NCBI RefSeq assembly: GCF_009914755.1
Contig: NC_060930.1
From: the human T2T-CHM13v2.0 reference genome, Homo sapiens
Direction: 5' to 3' (one strand)
Length of the DNA: 64,000 bases
The notes beneath the pieces are model-generated. The model did not search any database. It saw nothing but the letters and a program-made list of their open reading frames with translations, and had not been told where the DNA came from. The translations under genes were made by a program, and so were the position numbers. The stretch's first letter is position 1. The number at the start of each line of letters is the position of its first letter. Positions 1 through 15,885 of the stretch are shown here, in pieces.

Positions 1-1005
1 AGACAAGTGGAACTTAATTAAACTAAAGAGCTTCTGCACAGCCAAAGAAACCATCAAGACAGTAAATAAACAGCCTACAGTATGGGAGAAAATGTTTGCA
101 AACTATGCATCTGACAAAAGTCTAATATCCAGAGCTTATAAGGAACTTAAAGAGAAAAAAAATTTTTTTTAAATGGGCAAAGGACATGAACAGACACGTC
201 TCAAAAGAAGACATACATGTAGCCAAGAAGCACATGAAAAAAATGCCCAATATCACTATTCATTAGAGAAATGCAAGTGAAAACCACAGTGAGATACCAT
301 CTCATATCAGTCAGAATGACTCAAAAAATAACAGATGCTGGAAGCATCGTGGAGAAAAAAGGAATGCTTACACACTGCTGCTGAGAATGTATGTTAGCTC
401 ATACATGCTGCTGAGAATGTATGTTGAAAGTGGTTTGGAGATTTCTCAAAGAACTTAAAACTGAACTGCCATTTGACCCAGCAATCTCATTACTGGAAAT
501 ATACACGAAGGAATATAAATTATTCTACCATAAAGAGTCATGTATGTGTATGTGTTCACAATAGCAAAGACATGGAATCAACCTAAATACCTATCAACAG
601 TGGACTGGAGAAGAAAAATGCATGGTACTTATATACCATGGAATACTATACACCCATGAAAAATGAAATCATGGCCTTTGCAGCAACATGGATCCTGATG
701 GAGACCATTATCCTAAACAAATTAAAGCAGGATTGGAAAACCAAATGCTGCATGTTCTCACTTGTAAGTGGGAGCAAAACATTGAATACACATGACCACA
801 AAGAAAGTAACAATAGACACCAGGGCCTACTTGAGTTGGAAGAATGGCAGGATGGTGAGGGTCAAAAAACTACCTATTGGTTACTGTGCTCACTACCTAG
901 GTGACAAAATCATTTGTACACCAAACCCCAATGACACGCAATTTACCCGTGTAACAAACCTGCACCTGTGCCCCTTGAAACTAAAATAAAAATTAGGGGA
1001 AAAAA
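1..1005 (+). mobile_element. L1 (older primate L1PA/L1PB-type) 3' end: ORF2 C-terminus, 3' UTR and A tail
   Basis: L1 ORF2 motifs (aactaaagagcttctgcacagc; gccatttgacccagcaatc), ORF 638-904 resembles the L1 ORF2 end, and the 3' UTR ends gtaacaaacctgcac...aaactaaaataaaa. Confidence 0.9.
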
Positions 1006-1089
1006 AGGAGAAGAGAGATAAAAGGGCAAACAAAAAAATTGTTCAAAAAATGTTGGCAAAATTTTTTCAAATTCGATAAAAATAGCAAT

Positions 1090-4552
<3,463 letters not shown>

Positions 4553-4607
4553 GGAAATCCTGTATATCCTAAGCATATACATATACAACAAAAAATTTTC
4601 AAAATTA

Positions 4608-4899
4608 GCCTGGCTTGGTGGCTTACACATGTAACTCAGCACTTTGGGAGGCCTAAGCAGGTGGATCACCTGAAATCAGGAGTTCGAGATCAGCCTGGTC
4701 AATGTGGTGAAACACCGTCTCTACTAAATATACAATAATTAGCTGGGCATGGTGGTACATGTCTATAATCCCAGCTACTCAGGAGGCTGAGGCAGGAGAA
4801 TCACTTGAACCTGGGAGGCGGAGGTTCCAGTGAGCCGAGATCACACCACTGTACTCCAGCCTGGGCGACAGAGTGAAACTCAGTCTAAAAAAAAAAAAA
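4608..4899 (+). mobile_element. AluS (AluSx-like)
   Basis: Full Alu dimer with A tail. Confidence 0.93.
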
Positions 4900-5180
4900 G
4901 CCGGGCACGGTGGCTCACGCCTGTAATCCCAGCACTTTGGGAGGCCGAGGTGGGCGGATCACGAGGTCAGGAGATCGAGACCATGGTGAAACCCCGTCTC
5001 TACTAAAAATACAAAAAATTAGCTGGGCGTGGTGGCGGGCGCCTGTAGTCCCAGCTATTCGGGAGGTTGAGGCAGGAGAATGGCGTGAACCCGGAAGGCA
5101 GAGTTTTCAGTGAGCCGAGATCGCGCCACTGCACTCCAGCCTGGGCAACAGAGCAAGACTCCGTCTCAAAAAAAAAAAAA
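4900..5180 (+). mobile_element. AluY-lineage element with a 12-bp left-arm deletion (Yd-like), directly after the tail of the preceding Alu
   Basis: AluY diagnostics (gagatcgagacc, gagaatggcgtgaacc); gagaccatggtgaaacc lacks the usual cctggctaacac. Confidence 0.85.
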
Positions 5181-5371
5181 TTAAATTAAAAAGCTATAAA
5201 AGCTATAATGAGATATCACCTGATATCCACTAGAATGTCTATCACATGACCCTGAAATTCCACAAATAGGTTTTGACCAAAGAGAAATGAAAATACACAT
5301 ACACAAAAGACTTGTACATGAAAGTTTATAGCAGATTGATTCACAACAGCAAAAACTGGAAACCACCCCAC

Positions 5372-5937
5372 ACTGTTTCTCTATTACAGCATAAAAAGTT
5401 ATCCCAAAACTTAATGGCTTCAAACAACAAATATTTATTATCTCACAGTTTCTATGGGCCAGCAATTCAGAAGCAGCTAAATAGTAGCTGGTGATTCTAG
5501 CTTAGGATCTTTCTTTTAACTTTTTAAAAACTTTTTGTGAATACATAGTAGATGTATCTATTTTAGGATCTTTCTTGACATTGTAGTCAAGAAGTCAGCT
5601 GATTGTATTTCTAAGATTTGGATGAAGCTGAAGGATTCACTTACAAGATGTCCCAGTCACATGTTGCACGTTTTTAGTAGGGAGCCTTAGTTTCTCCCCA
5701 TATGTGTGTTTCCATTCACTGCTAGGATGGCTTCCTCCAAAGTAAACAATCCACAAAGAAGAAGTCACAATGTTACTGTGACATAGTCTTTGATGTCACA
5801 TCCCATCGTTTCTACCAGATTCTATTTGTTAAAACTGAGTCACTCAGTACAGCTCCCATGCAAAGGTAAGGGAAGTAGGCTCTACTTTGTGAAGGGGATA
5901 TAAGAAAATTGGGGGCCATATTTTAAAACAACCACAA
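5372..5937 (-). mobile_element. MLT1-family (ERVL-MaLR) LTR
   Basis: cccaaaacttaatggcttcaaacaacaaatatttattatctcacagtttct ... ggccatattttaaaacaaccaca. Confidence 0.7.
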
Positions 5938-5939
5938 AC

Positions 5940-6355
5940 CTGAATGTTCATCAACAAGTGAATGGATGAAAAAATTGTGATATATTTAGGCAAGAGAATA
6001 CTACTCACTGATATTTTTAAAAAAGAATTGGACTATTGATACACAAAACAACAGGGATGATTCTCCAAACTGTGGTACAGAGCATAACACACCAAACACA
6101 AAGAGTATGTGCTGAATGAATCTTTTATGTGAAGTTCTGGAAAAAGCAAAACAAAATGATAGAAATCAGAGCAGTGGTTGCCTAGAGCATGGGGAGAATT
6201 ATTGTAAATGGGCATGATGAAATTTCTGGAGTGATGGAAATGTTCTATATCTTCAGTAGGGTAATGGTTGTCTGGATGTATACATTTGTTCACATTCAGT
6301 GAATTGTCCATTAAAATATGTGCACTTCATTATGTAAATTATACCTTAATTTTAA
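5940..6355 (+). mobile_element. Old L1M 3' end fragment
   Basis: aatgttcatcaacaagtgaatggatgaaaaaattgtgatatattt...gtaaattatacct. Confidence 0.7.
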
Positions 6356-6817
6356 AAAGAGAAAGGAAATAAACCAAAGTCAGGGGGGATTGAATGAGCA
6401 CATTCGAGGCTTGAGAGGAAGGCTGGAAATATGGGACACTCAGAAGGTGTGGATCAGGAGAGAAGAGTGCCCTTTTACTCCCCAGTGACACGGAGAAGCA
6501 GTGGTGACCTTTTTATATGCCAAAGGGAACTCAGTTGCTGGCACACTTCCTTTGAATCTTCACATTCCTTCTTAACCATTAGTAGCTGTGGCCAATTAGC
6601 TGTCTATAGGTTATGGGGCACCTAGTCTTGGCAGAATTAATGAGCTACTTCTCTCTATGGGATGGGAGTCTTGGGATTCCTCCCCCCATCATCTCACTAT
6701 GCCTTTTTTTCTGCCTTTAATGTCACTAAAAGAGAGGTTAACTTACTGGATTGAGGAAAAGAAGTCGTTAGCAAGAGTTCCATAGTAAAGCGCTAACTCT
6801 AGCTCATGTGTCTGGCA

Positions 6818-7510
6818 GAGCAATGGTGGAATGTGGTTAGCGCATAGCTTCTTCAGCCAGCCCACCTGGGTTAAAATTTGGTCTTTGGCGCTTACTAGCT
6901 ATACTTTCCAGAACAAGATATTCAACCTCTACATGTCTTCAATTATTGATCTGTAAGGGAAGGTAATAATAGTACCCACCTTTTGAAGTTATAAGGAGCC
7001 GTAAATATGAAGCGCTTTTTTGAGTGCCCATGGAAGTAAGCACTAGCAATCAATACTCTTAACTGAAATCCAAGTTCCAATAATCATCAAGAGTATAACA
7101 TTCCTCTTTAGTTTGCTTTTAGTTCTCATTGTGAGATCACAAGTGGAGGCTCCAACCAGTCCAGAAGTTCCTTTCTATGGGGAAGCTGTGGCAGCAAGGC
7201 CGTGAAGAGAGTCTGACTTAATTGCAAGTAAGTCACAAGTTTATTCCCCTACAGCCCATCAATTTCCACATGTTCTTAAGACAGTTCTGAATCAAACAGG
7301 GTCTACAATCCTGGCACTGACACTCATTGGCAGGGTAACCCTGGGCAAGTTACTTAACCTCTTTGAGACTGTTTGTTCTTCTGCAGAGATATTAACTGTC
7401 TAGCAGGGTTCTTTTAAGAAGCAGATATTCCAGGAAATTATTTAGCACAGTGTTAGTATATAGGACATCAACAGATAGTAACTGTCAAAACTATAAGTGG
7501 TTATTATTAT
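6818..7510 (+). mobile_element. Two MIR copies (~6818-7050 and ~7280-7510)
   Basis: MIR core motifs ctgggcaagttacttaacctct and ctgtaa...ggtaataatagtacc. Confidence 0.65.
7123..7227 (+). other. Candidate 5' non-coding exon of OR2H1
   Basis: Pyrimidine-rich acceptors (cctctttag / gcttttag, ~7111 and 7122) and a strong donor GCAA|GTAAGT at 7228; candidate downstream acceptors at 10152 and 10408 before the OR ATG. Inferred; no transcript evidence here. Confidence 0.4.
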
Positions 7511-8853
7511 TGAACTGTAGGGCAGAATTTGTCTCATAACTTTGTAGCAGTTAGTACATGACTGGCTCTTTGAGGACCAAAAAAGAATAAATTAATGTGC
7601 TTCTGTGTGGAGTTAATGGGATGTAGGGAAAGTAGTGCTTGCCTATTATTGGTGTCAGAGAAAAGGACCAGAAGAAACAGGGTAAGGAAAAGGCATGTTA
7701 TTAAAGATAGAAAATAGGAGAGTGCAGAGGGTCAAAGGAAGATATAAACTGAAGAGATTAAGAAAAAACATACAGTGAGACAAGTTGCCAAGAGAGTAAG
7801 AATGTAAGAAATGCTGCAGTTTATGGATGAATAAAACTCTGGACAATTGCTGAGACACAAAAGATATGAGGCTGCAAAGTTTAAAAAGGAACGATACATT
7901 TAAAATAATCAGAATAGTGTTTACTTCTTCAGTGGGAGAGAAGGAGATGTGATCAGGGAGGAGAACACAGAAGACTTCTAAGATACCAGTAATATTTGAT
8001 CTGTTCTTAAATCAGGAGGAGATTCAGGTACACCATGTGTTTATTATTCCATAAAATCCATAGATGTGTTTTATATACTTTTTGTTTATATGATTTTTAA
8101 AAAATTAAGGGAACAAATCTTATCCTCAAGGAGAGACGTAATGATGGAGGAAGGAATATAGAAGGAGACAAAAAGGAGGGAGTCTTGATGAAAAGGGAGA
8201 TGGGAGGCAGCTTTTAACACCAGACAGGGTCCTGTGATGCAGAGGTGATTGTGCCATCCCATAAAGTCCCAGGGCACTGTCTGCCAATGAGACCACCAAC
8301 TTGCTTGCCCTAAATGGCCACATCCCCTAAACGGCCCTCCTGCCATTGTCTGTGCTCAGAAAACCCTCAGTTTCTGCCTCTTACCTGCCAGGGTGGTGCC
8401 GCATCCCACCCCCATCATTGAGCTTGCCTCATGTGTCTCAGCACAGTCTTTTACAGCAAAAATGCATGTCACCTCCTCCTAAAGGCTTTCCGTGGCCCAC
8501 CCACCCAGATTCCTCCTTTATTGTGCAGACTCTTTCCTAACCCACACCTCATCTTAATTTATTTGCCTTCAATTCTGGGCGGCGGTGTTGGGGAGGGTCT
8601 CAATTTTCCCATGTATTTCCCAGTGTTTATTGAATACATGAGGCCATACTCTTCTAGTCTCTCTGCTTCTCATGCTAGGAACTGAACCGACCAGCCTATA
8701 CTTTAAGGCTTGTTATTTCACTGACTAAGGAAAGGCTACTTAAGAGGGCAAGCTCAGACATACATAATCTGGAGTGGATCTTCCATGGGAAAACACGTAT
8801 ATAACAGAAATTATTGGCAAAACTATAAGTATGGTCTACAGAGTAAGTAATAA

Positions 8854-9176
<323 letters not shown>

Positions 9177-10427
9177 AATAATACTTTATCAATGTTGGCT
9201 TTCCTGTATTTAGTAACTGAGCTGTTTTTACACTAAAAAAAAATTCTATCTTAGAAACATGAAGAAGTGAAGAGGCATTATATATACAACTCACTGTTCA
9301 GTAGCTCAGGGTAAATATAATTGCATATGCAAAGATAAAGATGTAATGATAAAAATGTCAAGTGTTAGCACTTTACTAATATAGATAAAGAACATTCAGA
9401 AATTCTTTAAATTACTCTTAAAATTTGGGGGTATGAATTTTTATAAAAATAATGTTTTAAATCTTAAATAGTGAATAGAATTAAGAAAGTAACAAATTCT
9501 AATTCCTTCCTTTTTTTCTTTAAATTCTTCTAGATCCTGAATAATTTCTACTTAAACGTCCCAATATCAACTCTCTATTTTGCTATTGACATAATCTTAT
9601 TTGAGAGGCAAAAAATTTTAAAAATTATATCATCTTTTTAATTTCTAAGCCCCAGAACAAGACAATTGGCAGCATTTTTTTCATGTCATTTTGCTACATT
9701 CTACATAATGTTAAGTTGAGGTTAGGGATTTTCATTTGTGGAGGAAGCTCTTACATTTAGTTTAATGAATCATAATTTTTTTAATGGAGAAGGAACAAAA
9801 TACCTCATTGATTTTTCTATGAGTGGAGTTAATACACACAGCGGAGAAATCTCTTTGTTAATTCTACACTCTGCCTCTGATTGACACCTCTGCAAACAAA
9901 GATAAAGTAGATAAAACATGAATAATTCCAGGAAACTTATGCCCCAGAATACAGAATAATTTTGCATACATATGAATAGTAGGGCAATTCTATCAAATGA
10001 TTCTTTTCTAATTCTTTATGGATGTACATAATGAAATATTCAGAACTACCACAACATTTAGAATAAGATAGAGCCTAACAATTTATTGTTGAATTAATGA
10101 AGATCGGTTAATTAATCCATGTTTTACATCAGCTTTCTTTGCCCTCAACCAGGAAGTCAGAGGCACCAATGTGAGGTTCCACCTGCTTTCCAGCACATTC
10201 TTGGTTTCCTCACTTCTGCTAGACAACGTTTGATCAGAAGGAACAGGGAACGAGAAGGAGCTGCTGGATGACGATAAGCCTGGGAAAGGGAGGCTGGGTG
10301 AGCAGAGACAGAAAAGAAACACCTACCTGCTGTGACCTCACAAACACCCAGGCTGAGTTTTGATAAGACAGGTTGAATCACACTGGGGTGACAGCCTCAT
10401 CCCTCCAGGTACAAACAAGAACAGGCC

Positions 10428-11378
10428 ATGGTTAACCAAAGCTCCCCCATGGGCTTCCTCCTTCTGGGCTTCTCTGAACACCCAGCACTGGAAAGGACTC
10501 TCTTTGTGGTTGTCTTCACTTCCTACCTCTTGACCCTGGTGGGCAACACACTCATCATCCTGCTGTCTGTACTGTACCCCAGGCTCCACTCTCCAATGTA
10601 CTTTTTCCTCTCTGACCTCTCCTTCTTGGACCTCTGCTTTACCACAAGTTGTGTCCCCCAGATGCTGGTCAACCTCTGGGGCCCAAAGAAGACCATCAGC
10701 TTCCTGGGATGCTCTGTCCAGCTCTTCATCTTCCTGTCCCTGGGGACCACTGAGTGCATCCTCCTGACAGTGATGGCCTTTGACCGATACGTGGCTGTCT
10801 GCCAGCCCCTCCACTATGCCACCATCATCCACCCCCGCCTGTGCTGGCAGCTGGCATCTGTGGCCTGGGTTATGAGTCTGGTTCAATCGATAGTCCAGAC
10901 ACCATCCACCCTCCACTTGCCCTTCTGTCCCCACCAGCAGATAGATGACTTTTTATGTGAGGTCCCATCTCTGATTCGACTCTCCTGTGGAGATACCTCC
11001 TACAATGAAATCCAGTTGGCTGTGTCCAGTGTCATCTTCGTGGTTGTGCCTCTCAGCCTCATCCTTGCCTCTTATGGAGCCACTGCCCAGGCAGTGCTGA
11101 GGATTAACTCTGCCACAGCATGGAGAAAGGCCTTTGGGACCTGCTCCTCCCATCTCACTGTGGTCACCCTCTTCTACAGCTCAGTCATTGCTGTCTACCT
11201 CCAGCCCAAAAATCCGTATGCCCAAGGGAGGGGCAAGTTCTTTGGTCTCTTCTATGCAGTGGGCACTCCTTCACTTAACCCTCTCGTATACACCCTGAGG
11301 AACAAGGAGATAAAGCGAGCACTCAGGAGGTTACTAGGGAAGGAAAGAGACTCCAGGGAAAGCTGGAGAGCTGCTTAA
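10428..11378 (+). CDS. OR2H1: Olfactory receptor 2H1 (316 aa, single coding exon)
   Basis: OR motifs LHSPMYFFL, MAFDRYVAVC.PLHY, KAFGTCSSHL, PSLNPLVYTLRNKE; the N-terminus MVNQSSPMGF and C-terminus RESWRAA match OR2H1 as I recall it. Confidence 0.96.
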   Translation: MVNQSSPMGFLLLGFSEHPALERTLFVVVFTSYLLTLVGNTLIILLSVLYPRLHSPMYFFLSDLSFLDLCFTTSCVPQMLVNLWGPKKTISFLGCSVQLFIFLSLGTTECILLTVMAFDRYVAVCQPLHYATIIHPRLCWQLASVAWVMSLVQSIVQTPSTLHLPFCPHQQIDDFLCEVPSLIRLSCGDTSYNEIQLAVSSVIFVVVPLSLILASYGATAQAVLRINSATAWRKAFGTCSSHLTVVTLFYSSVIAVYLQPKNPYAQGRGKFFGLFYAVGTPSLNPLVYTLRNKEIKRALRRLLGKERDSRESWRAA

Positions 11379-12321
11379 TATACTTTCGAAAGTAAGAAGA
11401 GTTTCTTCAAGATTTATGAACATGTTAAGTTTTCCAGACTACTACCCTTCCCACATACACCTGAGCCACTGTGGTGGGTCACAGTGTGGCTATGTTATCT
11501 ATGAGAGGGAGAATGAGAAAGAGAGGGACAGAGAGATAAAAGAAATTGGGTGAGAGGAGATAGGTAGCTCCATAAGGCACACAAATTCAAATATTATCAT
11601 TCCTATCACTGTCCATTCTTAATATTTCTATCCTCCATTCTGTTCTTTTTACTGTCATCACTTCTATAGATTTCCTAACTCCACCATGCCTATTTCTGGT
11701 TATATAATTGCTCTCCAATTGTCATGTCAGTGTAGGGGAACTACTCCATCATAGCATTCTGGACACCTTGCATGTATCTACGTAGGTCATGTAAGCAAAG
11801 GCTTGAAGAACAGCTAATCTGAGATTTAGAAGAATGCTTTTTGATCCTCCTGGAATATGAGAGGATGGGAGGCCCTTTAGAACCTGCCTCAATGCCATCT
11901 CTCACTCTCCTTCTTATATCCCTGGGAGTATGTCATGTGACAAGTCTTTACTGTCTCCCAGGTTTTGGATGGAGCATGGGGTTTTCTGCCCCACACCCTT
12001 TAGGATATAGCTGAAGAATATAATGAGGAATAGCTGGATTCTAGAACTGACTCCTCACCAGTGGTATATTCCACAACAGTGTCACAGTCGTCTGGCCCCT
12101 TTGGTTTCCGTGTCATCCTTTTTGGTGTGTAGGACAAGGAGCCAGGGAATTGGCACGTTTGGCTTTTACTTCTTTTTTATATGTAAATAATAAGCCATCT
12201 AAGTGTAAAAGTGGCTCATATCTTCTCCAGCCAAATCAGCTAGGCCATGGCCTTGCCTTGCTTCTCATGAGTGTGCTTGACAGTCATCACCGTCACTCTA
12301 TCTTCATTTCTGGTTCTTACC

Positions 12322-12685
12322 GTGTTAGCTTAGTTCATTCAAGCTACTATCACAAGCTACACATAAATTGGGTGGTTTATAAATAACAAACATTTCTTTC
12401 TTACAGTTCTGGAGGCTGGAAACTCCAAGATTAAGGCAGATTTCATGCCTATTGAGGGCCTGCTTTCTGATTATAGAAGGTGACTTCTTGCTGTGCCCAC
12501 ACATGGTGAAAGGGACTACCAACTCTCTGGAGTCTCTTTTATGAGGGCACTAATTCCAATTATGAAGCCTCTTCCCTCGTGACCTAATCACTGCCCAAAG
12601 GCCCCATGTTCTAATGCCATCATCTTGGTGGTTTAGGATTTCAACATATGAATTTTGGAAGGACATAAGCATTCAACCCCCTGCA
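12322..12685 (-). mobile_element. MLT1A-type LTR
   Basis: cttacagttctggaggctggaaactccaagat...ggatttcaacatatgaattttgg. Confidence 0.8.
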
Positions 12686-13249
12686 CATGTCTTCTTTCCT
12701 ACTTCCTCAAGGTTCTTTCTGTCCAGTTGCTCCTTCTTCTATTGACCCTTTTTTGCCTTCTCTTTCTCCTTCACTGCCTCAAGTTACAGCCAGAGGAAAG
12801 GAGGAACTAAAACTTAGCAAATCTATAATCACATGCAAATACACAGAATGGATTGTTACAACCAAAATGCAGGCTCTATTGTTTTCAATTTAGCAGCCTT
12901 TCAAATGTATATGGTTCTGGCCACATTAAAGTTGCAAATAACACTTTTTTTGAGACTGAAATAAAGGTGAAATATTGGAAGGAAAAGTTTAATGTTTTAT
13001 TTGTAGTATTTTTTTCCATTTTCCACTAAAGAGTCCAGAAAAAAAAAGCAAACATAATATAACCTTTGAGTTATAACAGAATATTTCAACAAGAACTTTG
13101 TTGCTATCAAGTAACCATATAGTATAGGTTACACAGAACTCCTATCTTCTGGATTAAGACTCCGTCTTCAAAGTATTTGGGCACCCTGGTTACTGAACAT
13201 GAGCCAGAAGAAAATGAACTGCTTTTCCTTAAGCATCTCTCTACCCCTG

Positions 13250-13615
13250 GGTCACCTCCAGTGGAGTGGTGTGTCAAGAAATGTAATTTGTCCTTTCTGA
13301 TGCCATAATCTACCATATTTTTTTAAATTAAGTCATGCCAGGAGGAGATTTCTCTGCTCCTCATCACATGTTTCCACCAGAAACATGGGCAGCTCCGCAT
13401 CTTGGGCTTCACCACCTTTAAGGTGAGGTGGATGGTCTTCTTCTTGGAAATTTCATAAGACGATAGCATTTTCTTGGGCTTTGGGGTCTTAAAGCCCAGC
13501 AGAAAAACCAAGTCCTGCATGGGAACCTTGGTCTTAGACCAGAGCTGTTCACCTACCTTCTTCACTCCATTTTAGCAGCCAATGTCATTAATTCCCATTC
13601 CTCACAATTGACACT
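13250..13615 (-). pseudogene. UBDP1: Ubiquitin D (FAT10) pseudogene, frameshifted and internally deleted
   Basis: Minus-strand peptides VNCEEWELMT, SKTKVPMQD...TIHLTLKVVKP, ELPMFLVE and MVDYGIRKDKLHFL...GG match UBD exon 2; about 100 nt of the second Ubl domain is missing. Confidence 0.9.
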
Positions 13616-14063
13616 CATTTAGGCAATTCTATATAAAGTTAAAATATTCTTCAGAAACGAAGATGAAGTAAAGATATTCTCAGTGAAAGTAGGTATCACC
13701 AACTCATCTGATTTAAAAGAAATGCTTTTAAGCATGGATTGCACTGCTTCAGGCAGAGAGGAAATAAAACCAGAGGGAAAATCAGAATATCATGAATGAA
13801 AAAGGAACAACAGAAAGAGTAATTATCTGGGTAAATGCAATCGTATATTATTCTCTTTTTGAATTATTTAAAATATGTATCTCTGTTGGAACTAAAAAGT
13901 ACAACACTGATGGGGATTCATACAAATGTAATACATATGACAATTACTGAATAAACTAATAATAATAAATGGATCTATTCATTCTAAGTAGACCATGAAA
14001 GGGTAAATATTTATATCATAATCCCTAAAGCAACAATTCCAATAAAACAAAAAACCATACTGT

Positions 14064-14682
14064 TGTTATAGGCGTTTGAACCAGAGTGACTCCATCTTGA
14101 GTAGTGGCTGGGTAAAGTAAGGCTGAAACCTGCTGGGCTGCATTCCCAAAAGGTTAGGCATTCTCAGTCAGAGGATGAGATAGGAGGTTGGCATAAGATA
14201 TAGGTCACAAAGATCCTGCTGATAAAACAGGATGCTGTAAGGAAGCCGGCCAAAACCAAGATGGCAATGAAAGTGACCTCTGGTCCTCCTCACTGTTCAT
14301 TATACTCTAATTATAATGCATTAGCATGCTGAATGACACTCCCATCAATGCCGTGACAGTTTACAAATGCCATGGTAATGTCCAGAAGTAACCCTATGTA
14401 ATCTAAAGAGGGGACGAACTTTCAGTTCTGAGAATTGCCCACCGTCTTCCCAGAAAACTTATGAATAATCCACTCCGTGTTTAGTATATAATCAAGAAAT
14501 AACTGTAAGTATACTCAGTTGAGCAGCCCATGCCACTGCTCTGTCTATGGAGTAGTCATACTTTATTCCTTTACTTTCCTAATAAACTTGCTTTCATTTT
14601 ATGGACTCGCCCCAAATTCTTTCTTACATGAGATCCAAGAATCCTCTCTTGGGGTCTGGATTGGGGCCCCTTTCCAGTAACA
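14064..14682 (+). mobile_element. MER41B-type solo LTR (ERV1)
   Basis: Starts tgttataggcgtttgaaccagagtgactccatcttg, ends ggggcccctttccagtaaca; ~620 bp; AATAAA at 14581. Confidence 0.85.
14426..14455. promoter_or_regulatory. Tandem STAT1 GAS motifs in the MER41B LTR
   Basis: TTCTGAGAA (14426-14434) and TTCCCAGAA (14447-14455) both fit TTCN3GAA. Confidence 0.6.
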
Positions 14683-14699
14683 CAGTGACATCAACAAAA

Positions 14700-15860
14700 A
14701 TAACAGAGTAATGACTTCCAAAAATGACCTACTTCCTAAGAGTAAAATGAACTATGGAAGAATTGTCAGAATTAATATTGTTTAGAACTCTAGAAATTAA
14801 CCAAAGGCTTGCTGCAATCTGGGGAGTGTTTGTTCAAGAATAATAGCTGAATCTTGATAAGAACAGTGAGCTCTGTGATGTTTTAACTGGTTCCACTCCT
14901 GTTCCTTCCTCCTCAGCTCTTAAAAACCAACGGTCCACAATCATGGTGAAAACCAGCAGACATGAAATCACTGGAGGGGACACAATAGGGTTACAGATCC
15001 TTTAATCCCTTATTTCCAGAGGACTGTTATTATTTTACCTGTCTGGTTGTTCCCTAGAACTCACAATGCTATCCTTATTTGACTTGACTCAGAGCTATCC
15101 CAGAGAGAACAATGTATTTCCTGGGGAAATGAGTAAAAAGAATCATAGGCAGTTGTTGAACATCATGGTTGCCGATGGTCATAAATAACAGTTGGAACAA
15201 ACAATAGCCTAACCAAGAACTTAAAAACGAAATGTCAGGGAATGAGATGCCCATAAAGGGGATTGAAAAGCCTTAATATACTCCAGAAAGTTCCGACGGC
15301 CACATGCATGCATAGATGTGGGCATGACAAGTGCTGCATATATGCTTTGAACAGACCTGAGCAGGCTCTAAGCTCTAACCCTGAATAAGTTTGAGGCACT
15401 GCACAGACAGGAAATGAAGGCTAGGACACAGTGTAAACTGCTTGGTTGGGCTTTGAAGACCTGTATCTACCTGCACACAGAGCCTCTCTACATACACTGG
15501 GAGACATTACTTCCAGGAACCTAAGGAAATCTTTGTCCAGTCTTTACCTGGCCACTAAGCTAACCAAGCAGAGACTTCAGTGGCCACGTTGAACAACAAC
15601 AACAACAAAAACAAAACAAAACAAAAAAACAAAAAAGAACAGACTTGACAGATAGTTTTTAAAAACCTGATCAAAAAACATCCACTAGCAATAGTAAAAT
15701 CTGGGAACAGAAAAAATATGACTTCCAGAGTTGCCACATTATACTGTTTAAAATGCTAAGTTAAAAAAGAAAGAACGAAATAATACAACATGCAAAGAAA
15801 CAATAAAGTAAGGCCCATACACAGAAAAACAAGCAGTTAGTAGAAACTGTCTCTGGGACC
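14700..15860 (+). mobile_element. Ancient L1M 5'/ORF1 region
   Basis: gaactctagaaattaaccaaaggcttgctgcaatctgggg and catgcaaagaaaca motifs; contains an (AAC)n/(AAAAC)n repeat at ~15591-15632. Confidence 0.55.
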
Positions 15861-15885
15861 AGGCTCTGAAGGAGGTGTCTGCCTC

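Noticed and set aside
10338-10934. 198-aa ORF antisense to OR2H1
   Set aside because: Shadow ORF produced by the codon bias of the OR coding sequence.
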